Assembly: GCA_001244265.2 (NCBI GenBank)
Contig: CDLV01000005.1
Location: 2,108,001-2,172,000, forward strand
DNA: 64,000 bases
Origin: Microbotryum violaceum
Lineage: Eukaryota
Direction of reading: 5' to 3'
Shown: in pieces, positions 13,401 to 24,897 of the stretch
How positions within the stretch are numbered: position 1 is the stretch's first letter
Layout of the letters: the number at the start of each line of letters is the position of its first letter
The notes under the pieces: model-generated
What the model was told of the DNA's origin: nothing
Databases searched by the model: none
What the model saw: only the letters and a program-made list of their open reading frames with translations
Position numbers and translations under genes: made by a program

Positions 13401-13776
13401 GGCGATTGTACGAATCATGAAGGCGCGCAAGACGCTCAAATACACGGAGCTGTGAGTCGAGGAACGCCTCCCAGTCGAGATGAAGATTTTGTGAAAGCTC
13501 ACGAGTTTCTCCCACATCACCAGTGTGATGGAAGTGGTGACGCAGATCGGATCGCGATTCAAGGTCGAGACGAGCGAGATCAAAAAGGTTTGTCCGCGAA
13601 CTCCCTCTCGTCCGCCCTGTCCGCCCTACGGTCGTGCACGCACCGTCCACCGCGACTGACGCATTGTTGCCATCTATCGCTGTGGTTCAACTTGACAGGC
13701 CATCAGCTCTCTGATGGACCGAGAATACATGCGGCGAAGCGAAACCGAGCAGACCGTGTTTGAGTATGTCGCCTAA
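10476..13776 (+). CDS. CUL4: Cullin-4 (CRL4 scaffold), multi-exon
   Basis: Motifs [85 protein letters not shown] and [11 protein letters not shown]. Neddylation motif [11 protein letters not shown]. Ends FEYVA-TAA. An alternative ATG lies at 10380. Confidence 0.92.
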
Positions 13777-14396
13777 GACTGCGCCCAGCCTCGAAAGCGG
13801 TGCGGCGCCTCCCCCCACATCCTCCCCACATAGGTCGGTCGGGCAGTCTCTCCTCTTGCCCGTCGCCTGCCGCGGCGCACGCCGCCTGGCCGGAGTTGTG
13901 GGCGCGCCCCTTTTACGAGTTCAAGTTTGGGTTTTGACTTCGGTGGACAATACGTTTGCACGTCAGATAGAATGTGTAGCACGCCCCTCAATTGCACCTC
14001 TGCAAAAATCTGTTTTCCATCCTGCACTGTCCGCAAACCGATGCGACGTACCACGCGCAAAAGCCCCGCCGCCGCTGGGAACGCGCTAATACGGGGCCGA
14101 GGGCGGCTGGCGTCGCGCGGGCGTGGAGGTGGTCGGTGTCGGTACCTGTTGCTCGCTGTCTTTGCCCAGAGCATCATCCCCACGGCCGCAACTACCATCC
14201 ACGTCTCGCTACTTGGTCAGTCCACCCACTCTTCGTATCCCTTCGTAGCCTGTTCCTTCCCACACCGTGTTCACGCGCCTATCTGACCTGGCCTTGTTTC
14301 GGTTAAGCAGGCGTCGTCGTTTTTAGTCCCTTCCCGCCGCGGTTACTTCGACGCCTTCCTCAGCCGCCCTCGTCGCCACGTTCGGCCCTTCGCATC

Positions 14397-15507
14397 ATGT
14401 CCCAAACCCGTGCGAACGGTACATCGACCTCCCATACGACCATGACTTCCTCCCTCAACACGAAGAACCACGCCGTCGTCGGTGCGGTGCGCAATAAACG
14501 CAAGGGCATTCCTTCGCGAGCGCCGCGATCGGCAACGACGACATCGACAGGCGCCTCGTCCTCGTCCTCGTCCTCGTCGTCGGCCTCGTCGTCCTCGTCC
14601 TCGAGCACGTCCGCAACCCCGCGCGTGCACAACACCGTCAACGTATCGGCCCTGCTTCGAGCCCTGCTCCGAGAATCCGAACGTAGTGGTTACCACCTCG
14701 ACCTGCCGCGTTACGTCGCGCCCATCTTGCCGACCTCATCCGCCGCTGCCGCCGCCGCCTCCTCCGCGAGCGCGCATTCGAGGCCCAAGAAGGAACGCGA
14801 TATCCTCGCCGCGAGTGACCCCAATTACGGCCGAGGCAAGCGTGCGGCCAGTCAAGCCCTGCGAGACGATCACCATGGTCTGACCGTTTCCTCGACGTCG
14901 ACCAGGAAGCAGCGCGAGGCGAGCCCCGTCGTCGGCGGTCACTCGTTGCGACGCCAGCCCAGCCAATCGGCGCTGGCCTTGGCCCGCTCGACCGAACCAG
15001 CTTCGTCGTCGAACTCGACTGCGACGCCGACGGGGCCGGCCGCGTCGAATGGCGTACAAGCGTCCAAGTCCATGGCCCGGGCTTCGTCATTAGGTCCCGC
15101 TCATCAGCAACACCATCCTCACCACCACCACCATCACCCGTATGCCCGAGCGGCGAATGGCAACGGCTTGATCGTCTCCGAGGCGCTACCCGCGCACTCG
15201 TCACCGCTGGCCAAAGGTTGGGTCACCCCACCCGAAACCCACGGTGCCAGCGCCGTACCGACCCCGACGACTTTGGCTGCGACCACGGCCGCGACAACAA
15301 GTACGACTAGCCACGACACCGTGGCTGGTGTGTCGGGGAGAGAAAGAGGGGCGCCGAAAGCTTTGCAGTGAGTTACCGCTAGCTACCCCTGACGAGCGCG
15401 AGAGAGCGCGCGCACGCCGACTATACCTCAAGGGTCAAAGACGTTCGAACTGACGCTTCTCCTTCCCTTTAACTAGAGACTATGACATGCATTTTGTGCC
15501 TGCATGA
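14397..15507 (+). CDS. Hypothetical Ser/Thr/His-rich low-complexity protein (2 exons)
   Basis: A 324-codon ORF with genome-typical codon use. Donor GTGAGT near 15368 and acceptor AACTAG at 15476 give the ending RERGAPKALQDYDMHFVPA*. No domain recognised. Confidence 0.6.
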
Positions 15508-16101
15508 ATGCCTCGAAGAACGTTCACGTGCGCTCTTCACTGTTGTCCTACCAGCACCCAGCATGTTGTTTCGCCTCGATGGCACGACCCTCTTACACCC
15601 TGTTACTGCACCCCCTCGGCATCCTCCTCGGCATCGTCTCTGTCCCGCGCATTGTACACGATGGCATATCTCCATTATCATCTGACTCTAAGATGATGTG
15701 GATGGTCCCACTTCCCATTGTTTGTTCGGATCTCAGTTTGCTCTTTTTTTCCCACTGCTTCTCGCCCTCGCATAGATACTGTCTGTTTGGTAAGAATATC
15801 TGGATATGTCTTCGTCAACCGCTTACTCTCTTTTTTGGGAAAATAATACTGGAATGACTGCCTTGTTCTCTCACCGTCTATCGCTGGTGTTGTGGTTTTG
15901 GGAGTCGATACTCGACCCGGACTCGGTAAGCGACTGATTAGCGCTGCCTTGAATAGGCTACTCAGAATTCATAATTGATGTGTTTTGTGCTGGGCTGTGC
16001 TCGTCGCGTCTCCAAGCTTGCAGGCGCGCGCGCCCTCCTACTCCCATCGCTCCTACAACCACCTCCTCCTCTTCGCATCGCACGGGGACATACGTAACGT
16101 G

Positions 16102-18174
16102 ATGGACCCCTCTTTCGGACTTCCCGGCTCGCCCGGCCCCAACAAAAGGCCATTCGAAGGCGACGCGAATGGCGCCTCCGCTGCGTCTGCACCTGCGCTC
16201 GCACCAGGCACCTCGTCCGAGGCCAACGCGGCCCAGCCCTCCGGCGCGAGTGGTGTCGCGACTTCTGTTGTCTCGACGTCGAGTGGTGATGCCTCGAAAC
16301 GACCCCGCTTCGACACGGGCAATGGTTCGGACGTGGTCATGCTCGAAGGCGGCCTCGCGACCAACGACACCCACGACGACCCGCACGCCATGGCCAAACT
16401 CGCAACGACGCTCAACCCCGCTCCTCCCGCTCTCGGCAAGGATGGCAAACCCAACCCGATGATCCTCTCTCCGTCGCTAAACGACTCACGACTGCACGTC
16501 GGTACCTCGCTGCTCAGACGCAGGCCGTGATCATTCCTTCCTATTCGACCTGGTTCGACCTCTCGACGATCCATCCGATCGAACGCCGTTCGTTGCCCGA
16601 GTTCTTCAACAGCAAGAACAGGTCCAAGACCCCTAGCATCTACAAGGACTATAGGGACTTTATGATTCACACCTACCGCCTTAACCCGAGCGAGTACCTC
16701 ACCGTCACGGCGTGCAGGAGGAACCTCGCCGGTGATGTGTGCGCGATCATGAGGGTTCATGCGCTGTTGGAGCAATGGGGTTTGATCAACTACCAGGTGA
16801 GTCGATAGATTGCTTGAGGATGTGGTGCAGATAGGGTACTGACATGCGCGCACACAGATTGACGCCGACACGCGACCGGCTTCATTGGCTCCTCCGTTCA
16901 CGGGCCACTTCCGAATTCTGCTCGACACCCCGAGGGGTTTGGCACCTTTGCACCCCGGATCCTATCACCCCATCCGATCCGACACCATCTCGACGAGTGG
17001 GGCGACGAATGGGCGTCCCGACGTACGACTCTCCAACGCCGAAGCGATTCAAACGGCGTCGGAAGCTGGTGATGCCTCTGCCGCTACGACGAATGCCACG
17101 GACGCATCTACAACTGGTGCTCAAGCGCCCGTACCGCCGTGCCAGACGTGTGGCACCTCGGCCTCGGCGACGCACTACACCTCCCTCTCGACGCGCGGTC
17201 AGGTGGTGCTCTGCGCGCCGTGCTACACCGAAGGGCGCTTCCCCTCCTCCCTGCACTCGGGCGATTTCATCAAACTCGAATGTTCCCCTTTTGCGCACTC
17301 GTCGCGCGCGGAATGGACCGACCAAGAGACGTTGAAGCTCTTGGAAGGGTTGGAGATGTTCGATGACGATTGGGACGCGGTCGCGCTCCACGTCGGTACG
17401 AGGACCAAGGAGCAGTGCATCATCAAATTCATCGGGTTACCGATCGAAGACCCTTATCTCGAAACGATGCAGAAAGAACTGGGCGCGCTCAAGTACGATC
17501 GCAGGGAGTTGCCGTTCAGTAAGGAGGATAATCCGGTGATGAGCGTGATGTCTTATTTGGTCGACAAGGTCGATCGGGATGTCGTCAAGAAGATGACGGC
17601 GCAAGGGGTCCAAGAGCTCGAGCGCAAGTTGAAGGAAGAAGTGACCACTACGAACGAAGGGGAGAATGCATCGTCGGATATGCAAGTCGAAGGTGCCTCG
17701 CCGGCCGAGGAGAAGAGCAAGACCGCGCCGTCAAACCTCGCCAAAGCTTCGGCCGTCGCCTTGTCTTCGGCAGCGGTCAAAGCCCACTCCCTCGCAATGA
17801 CCGAAGATGCGTCCTTGCACCAACTCGTGACCTCCGTCGTTGAAGCGCAAGTGCAGAAGCTTCAGCTCAAGTTACAACACTTTGAACAACTCGAACGCTT
17901 GCTCGAGGTGGAGAAACGTGCGGTCGAAGCGGCGAAGCAACAACTGTTCGAGGAGCGAATGGACCTCGCGAGGAAAGCCGAGGTCGTCAAAGAGGCGTAC
18001 GAGAAAGTCAAGAGAGACGCCAAGGAGGTTACCGAGATGGACGTAGAAAAAGTCGTTAAAGCGATGGGTGGAGGGGCGGTGGAGAAGTTGGCCGAGGGGG
18101 AACCAACACAGGCCGTCGAGGACGCTGGTCCGGCACCTGGCGTTCCGGAGGAGGCTACGGCGCAATTGTCCTAA
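16102..18174 (+). CDS. RSC8: SWI/SNF-RSC subunit Rsc8/Swi3/Ssr2 (SMARCC family): SWIRM, zinc finger, SANT, coiled coil
   Basis: SWIRM domain [89 protein letters not shown]. Zinc finger CQTCG...[16 protein letters not shown] domain [20 protein letters not shown]. Also [13 protein letters not shown]. Confidence 0.93.
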
Positions 18175-18490
18175 AGTCGGTTGGCGTTTCTTGGAAGATG
18201 AAGTGAAATTGTGGCTTTCATGTGGTTCTTCGGTTGGGTGTCGAAAGCTTGTTTGTAATCAATGTTACTTGTCTCATGGAATCGCCACGGCGCTATCAAC
18301 CTCTGTGTGTTTTACGCGAGCTCGTAAAATAGTGTCCATGACCATTGATCAGACGCAAACGCTGTACTCCGTCTACAAGCTGGTCTTCAGAGAAAGAAAG
18401 CAAAGAATAAATGCACCAAGCATAGGCCCATCTAGATCGGCAACAAAAAAAGCCGGATTCGGAAGTAGGTAGGTGGTGGTCGACACCCCA

Positions 18491-20112
18491 TCAATCGTCG
18501 ACATCATCGAGGAAGAGTTTGACGGCCAACGAAGTCGGGCCCGAGGTATCAGCGATACGATAATCGATGCCAGTCTTGCGGAGGTTGAACTGGAAGATGT
18601 TCAAGTCAGTGATGAATACGGTTCGACGGTAGTCCGGCGCTTTCGTGCTCACCCAAGTGACGGAGATGAAGTAGGGCAACTGCGCCTTGGTCTCGGGCGA
18701 GAGGATGTGTTTCAACCAATTCATACGATCGGTCATGCTGACCCCCAACCCCGGCGCCGTCTCCCCAATCGCGAAAAAAGGTCCCGAGGACGTACAATAC
18801 TTGTTGTGCAGCGGTGCCATCACCGTGACGAAATCGGCGGTACTCAAAACCTTGGGATAGTAATCAATACCGATCAGGTCTACGGTCGAATGATTGGTGG
18901 GGTAGTAGCGGTCGTATTCTTCCAAGTTGGCGATGTTGGGCGTGAACCACATCTTGACTTGAGGAGCGATTTTCTTGCATGCGGAGGCGACGACGTCCCA
19001 GCCTTGCTTGAAGTCTTCGGCGTTGCCTTCGTAGGTTCCGTCGCTTTGGTACCAGTTCATTTCGTGCGCGAAACGAAGCCAGGTTTCGACGTTACGGTCA
19101 GTGAAATCTACAATGTGGAGTGGAGGTCAGTAGAAGATCGAAAGCGGGGTGACACTAGGACCGCGATCATTCCAAAGGTAGCCTGTAGAATGAAAGGCAA
19201 GTCACCTACTTTTCATCACATTACAGATCGCCACGGCTTGTCGATTATCGTTCCATCTCAGGCCCGCCCATCCACCTTGGCACCGGACAAGAAGAGCGAT
19301 TGCAAAGACGGACATCAGCGCTTCTCTTACCTTCCACAGCCCTTGCTATCGCGGCGGCTCTAAAAGAGTTCATATAACATCATAAGCTCACCAATCGGCA
19401 TGACGGAAGCTTGGAAGACTCCTCCGTCCTTGACGATCTGGTCAATTTTGGATAACAATTGCCGACCGTCGAACAGCTGGCCGGCGACGGCTTGGGCGTA
19501 ATAGCCTTGGGCTGAAACGCGTTGACCGATCATTGAATTAATTTCGGCGATCGTTTGACGAGTACCGCCGCCAGAGCCTAGGAGATGGGAAGAGATAAGA
19601 CCCGCCGTTTCACCGAATGAGCCAAGCCTCTTGATAGATAACCGAGGCAACGACCGCCGCTGGACGCGCGAATAGGCGCGAGCGCTTCTGAAATAGGAGG
19701 CCCGCTTCCGCCTGAACCGTTCTGAAGCGATCGTCGAGCAGTTTCTGCAGAGTGACTCACCGTCATCGGGAATAAAACCGAGTGCGATTCCATGCTTTGA
19801 CGCACCATCGAGTGCCCATCCAACAACTTCAGGCGGCTGATTTTGCGTCGAATTATCCGTTTTGACGTTAGGATGGAACGTCGGTGCTGATGCTCCGGAC
19901 ATTGAAGGCGAGGAGGATCCCTGAACCTTCGCTAGACTGAGGTAAGGCCCATCCGTTTTTAAGGGAGCGGAGTGGTTCGAAGAACTGCCGAGAATTGGGG
20001 GTTTGAACATCTTTTGAATCTTGGCGTGGTGACGACGATGTCCCCCAGAGCATCGAGCGGCCGCGAAACCGGCGAGCACGGCCCAAGCCAGCAGTATTTT
20101 CAGGCGGGGCAT
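18491..20112 (-). CDS. Secreted GH26-like glycoside hydrolase (paralog A), 5 exons
   Basis: Signal peptide MPRLKILLAWAVLAGFAAA. Motifs WLRFAHEMNWY (acid/base Glu), VDLIGIDYYP and FAIGETA (nucleophile Glu) are typical of clan GH-A/GH26. Confidence 0.8.
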
Positions 20113-21470
20113 GACACGAATGTGGACAGCGTGGGGTGTAGAGTCAGGCTTTCGAAAGGAGACGAGCTCCTTGCTGGATTCTGCAAAGGGTCGATCGAGG
20201 GTAGAGCAGCAGCTCTGGCGAGTTGTTGGTGATCGATCCCGCTTGTTATCACCGTCCAGCGATGCGTGGGAACCAGGCGCGAGGAGGTCCGTGGCGAAGA
20301 GCCGTAAGGGTGAATCAGTCCACAGGACCGGTGACAAAAAGGAAGGATACGAAAGAGAAGTGAACTTGGTGATGGGCTTATGGTAGAAGAGGGAGGGAGA
20401 GCTCAACAGAAGCCGTCAAAAACAATGGGACAAGGAAAAAAGTCCGATAGCCTGACGCGGAGAGGAGGCGTTTTCAACGGATTCACTCCCGCCACTCCCG
20501 CACCACGCGCTCAGGGGTCAGTGCTCATTCAACAAAGAACATTTGAGGGCCGGCAGCCTCAATTCTCGGCGCGACGCCTTCGGCTTGCGAAGCGTCGAGC
20601 GCTCGCACCATGTAGAAGAGTCCACACAGGGTAGGCGAGGTAGTCGATGCCCACTCTGATATGTCAGATAGACTCAAATGGTGCTCAGCGACCGCCTCGG
20701 TCGTAACTCCGTTGCCCGAATGTGATAGGCTCCTGATTCTGATGACCATCCCCTTAGTCTCTTTGCTGAGTCAGTGAGCAAGTTACGGTGTGGGCCGATT
20801 GGATCGCGGTCAGCTGACGAGCGCGATGAGCGCTGAGCTCTGGCTCGCTCTCGCTTCGTCGAGGCCATAGCGCGTTATATCCGCGCGCAGGTCGGTCTCG
20901 AAAGGAGTAGGTTAGACATTTCCTATTGAGGAGACTCGCGATTCATAATTATGCAGTAGAAAAAGTGGGGGCTTGATTTTGCAATACGAGACCGGCTCCG
21001 AATGTAAAAGCAAATAAGGACTCGAGTTCCGGTAACCGGTACCAAGAAAATGAGGGACCCGAGCACTGCAGCGCCCGAGCTTCGGCGGGGAAGCATCGGC
21101 TGGCCCTTGCAAAAGGTGAACTGACGCCCGTCGAATGAACAAAATAAGGCTGTGGACAAGAGAAAGCAAATGATGGTGGGAAACATTTTATATGTGTGAT
21201 GGACAGACTCGGCAGCAGGCCCGAAGTATGTGGTGAACAGGGAGTAAATGAAATGAAACCGAACTGATACTGGTTCGTCGTCGTCGTCGTGATGAGTCGT
21301 TAAGCAGGAAATTGCGTTACACTGTAGTATGCCATGCGAGGTGGGAGAAGAAGACCGCGTTGTGATGCCCCAGGATGAATCGAGAGTAGGTCGGAGAGAG
21401 AGCCAGCGAACGAGTCGATTGTGCGCGAGCTTGAAAGTTCAATTTCGCTCGGGCGTTTTAATGCCGACAA

Positions 21471-23237
21471 TTATGAAAAGTAGGACTTGATGACCGAGTC
21501 GCCATCAACAGCGGCAATTCGGAAATCATAACCCTGTGCACAGCGAGATGGACTTTAGAATCAGTGTCCGCAGCTGATGCGGAGGCAGCAAGATTAGGTG
21601 TCCATACCTTGTGGTAGTTGAACTGTTGAAACACAAATGAGACAGTGAGATATCAGTATGAGCGTTCGATTATGATACATGGAGGTCAAGGTGTACTCAC
21701 CCAAGAGCAGGCGATGAACTGGGGCATCTGCGACTTTGTGTTGGTCGACATGATGTTTTGGAGCCAGGCCAGTCGTTGCGCCATGTTGGTCGCCACACCG
21801 TTACCGATCTCACCAATGGCGAAGTAGGGACCACTGGAAGTAGTGTACTTGTCATGGAACGGCTTCATGAAGCTAACGAAATCATAGCCCGAGGTCTCCT
21901 TGGGGTAGAAGTCGATGCCGATGAGATCGACTGTCGAAGGATCATCGGGGTAGTACGCGTCGTATTGGGACTCGTCGGCAATGTCTATGAGATGTAGTCA
22001 GACGTTCAGAACCAGGTGGATAAATTACCTCGAGGCGAGCTGCTGGGACTGACTGGGGGTGTACCACATCTTCACAGCGGGGGCGATCTGCTTGCAAGCG
22101 GCCGAGACGGCAGCCCAGCCGGCCTTGAAGTCGCTGGCGTCACCTTGGTAGGTTCCGTCTTCTTGGTAGTAGTTCACCTCATGGGCGAAGCGAAGCCACA
22201 CCTCGATACCCTGGTCGGTGAATTCTGCGAGACGACGGGAAAGGTAAAATCAGTCGAGGCGTTCACGGGTTCCGAGGAAGCCCGTCAGTGCACAGCTCGC
22301 TGACAGTGTACAGAGACAAGAGGTAGACCGACTCACTCTTCATGACCTTGCAAATGGCGACAGCTTGCCGATTGTCGCTCGCGGTAAGACCCCACCAACC
22401 ACCTAGCAAGGAAAGGAGGTCAGACAAGAGATCATCAGGAGTGCGCCAGGGTCAGCCAGCCGCAAAGTTAGGATGATCAGGCAGCAACAAGGGAAACGCA
22501 CCAGTCGGCATGACAGCGGGCTGGAAGACACCGCCGGTCTTGATTTGATCCATGCGCCAGAGCAATTGATTGCCGTCGAAGAGGGTACCCGACTGGGCCT
22601 GAGCGTACCACCCCTGTGCCGAGGTTTGCTGGCCCATGGCGGACTCGATCTGTTGGATCGTTTGCGACGTTCCACCTCCCGAACCTGTGCGCCCAATCAT
22701 GATACATCAGATGTCAGGTCAGAGGCCACGTGATTCGGTTGGCACAACCGCAGGTGTCGGGCCGGCTCAAGCACGCGCAGCCGACGCCCCTTTGGAACAA
22801 AGGAAACTCGATCGCGCGAGCCGGCCTCCGAATGGAGCGTGCCATAGGAAATGCGAAGCCGATGGGGGCCGAAGCCAGCTCGATGAGATGTACGAAGCGG
22901 CACCGCATCACTCACCATCATCGGGCAACCACCCGAAAGCGATGTTGTTTTTCTTCATCCCCTTAAGGCCCCAGCCGACGCTTGACGATGAGCTCGACGA
23001 GCTCGAGCTCGAAGTGGAAGTGGACGAGCTGGCGCTTGAAGTCGAAGAGGATTGCTTCTGAGCGGCCAAGTTGGCATTGACGCCTGACGAGCCCGTCGAG
23101 GCGGTTGAAGTGGGTGCAGTAGCCGAGGCCGAGATCGATGCCGTGACCTTGGCGTGGTGGCGTCGATGGCCCGAGCAGGCAGCCGAGGCGACCGAGGCGA
23201 GCAAAGGCAGCGCGACGAAAGATTTGAATGAAACCAT
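21471..23237 (-). CDS. Secreted GH26-like glycoside hydrolase (paralog B), 7 exons
   Basis: Signal peptide MVSFKSFVALPLLASVASA and a Ser-rich linker. Motifs WLRFAHEVNYY, VDLIGIDFYP and FAIGEIG. Ends GYDFRIAAVDGDSVIKSYFS-TAA. Colinear with paralog A. Confidence 0.82.
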
Positions 23238-24897
23238 ACTGGAAAAGCGTTCGAGAGAGTGCTAGGTTCGAGGAACGAGAAGGAAGGGGGGGGGGTGTGT
23301 GTGTGGATGGATAGCTACTGGGGGAGCGAGCTACTTGAAGGTGTAAGGCCGCGTCGGGCCAAGGGGTTTCGCAAGCTGGACCGGCAGCTGAGCGGAGGGC
23401 GAAGAAGGCGGGTTGAGCGAAGAAAGGGCGGTTGGGCAATGGAAGATGAGCGGAACAGAAGGAGGACAAGCTACAACGAGGGCAAGAGAGACGGAGAAAC
23501 AACGACGGAGACGAGACGAGAAGAGACGAAGGTGACGAGCAGAGGAGAAGGGGGAACCCGGCGCTCTCAAAAGAGGTGCAAGCTCTAGCACACCGAGCTT
23601 TGATCAGGTTGAGCCGCTCGGGGAGAGCACGCGAACGCGCCGCCTGACGCGACCGGGCGCCGCGCGCCGCAGCTCACGCGTCCAGCTTCGCGGCGACCCA
23701 CCCGCGGCGACCCGCCCGCGACAACTCTGGACACGACACGGCCCCTATTCTGACATTTGCAATAACTTTTGACAGTATTTAACACTTATTTTCTACGATT
23801 TTCATGCTGGAAGCTTCGTTAAACGATTCAAGATGAGAAAGGGATCCGTGCGCAGTCAACGTGGTCGAGGCCTTGGAGAGCGGCTGAGGACCGTCGCTAA
23901 TTTGCAATAACCTCACTAAGAACGCACTATTATTGATGCTCGGCCAACCCCCCAAAGCATTATAACCAAGATCGACTGCTTCGCAAGAGCGAGATTAACA
24001 AGTGGCCATGCAAGACCTACACGTCTTTATGAGGTGCGATCCAATCTGAATGGACGCGCGAGGTCGGAGTCCTGGCTGACGGGGGCCGTGCGCGTCGCGC
24101 GGGACGCGTCGGGAATGTGGCACGCTCGAGCAGGCCGACGCTAATTTACGAACGAATCGGCCGTGCCGCGCGATGACAGAGCATCTGCCGATACTTGTCC
24201 GTGCTTTCAAGTCAGGGATCGGCGTCTAGTGCTGTTCGGTATACCTAGGCGGTAAAAGTCTCTGAAGCGTGGGCCCTACAAGGCCATGAGTGATCGCTAC
24301 CAAGGGGTGGCAGCCGCCAGTTTACAGCCGAGCGAATCGCAAAGCCCCTGTTCCGCTACGTTATGTTTCGTCTGCCTGCACCGCCGCTCACAGCATCCCT
24401 GCAGTCCCTGTCACTTCAACCAATTCACGGCTCGACCAAAACCTAAAAGAAAAAAAAGCCTGCCGATTTGCGTGCTTGTTGAGGTCCCTCCCTTTCTCTT
24501 GTCACCGATTGAGCAAGCTCCCTTGGCAGCCGTTGACGGTCCGCGCGTCCGCGAGCCAAGCTCTCGTGCTGGGCGGGCATCGACAGCAGTCACGGGAGTC
24601 TACCGTTGGAGTTGAGACATCGAAGCTGGGCTTTCTAGATTGTGATTATCGCAAAGGGCTATCCACTTTGCTCTGATCTGGTTGAAGTAACTCAAATAAT
24701 TTAGATTCATTAACACAAAAATATATCATTGCTGCCGAGTCGAGGGCTCAAGATTTCGAGCTCGTGCGCGATCCTAAACTGGGGAGCTCGAGCTCGGTAA
24801 TAAAATGAAGAGGGTTTCAAACCAACAAAGTAAAACGCTGTATAAACAGTACATAACCAAGGCCAACCAGGCAATATTATTTTCAGCGAAGGCCTCT

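Noticed and set aside
19331-19359. Apparent 29-nt poison exon (TTTTAG|...GAAG|GTAAGA) inside intron 2 of GH26 paralog A
   Set aside because: Inclusion needs an upstream intron of only about 32 nt with no clear branch site, which is too short compared with other introns here.
18473-19363. 296-aa + strand ORF opposite GH26 paralog A
   Set aside because: It overlaps a well-supported minus-strand spliced gene, lacks an ATG start and has no recognisable domain.
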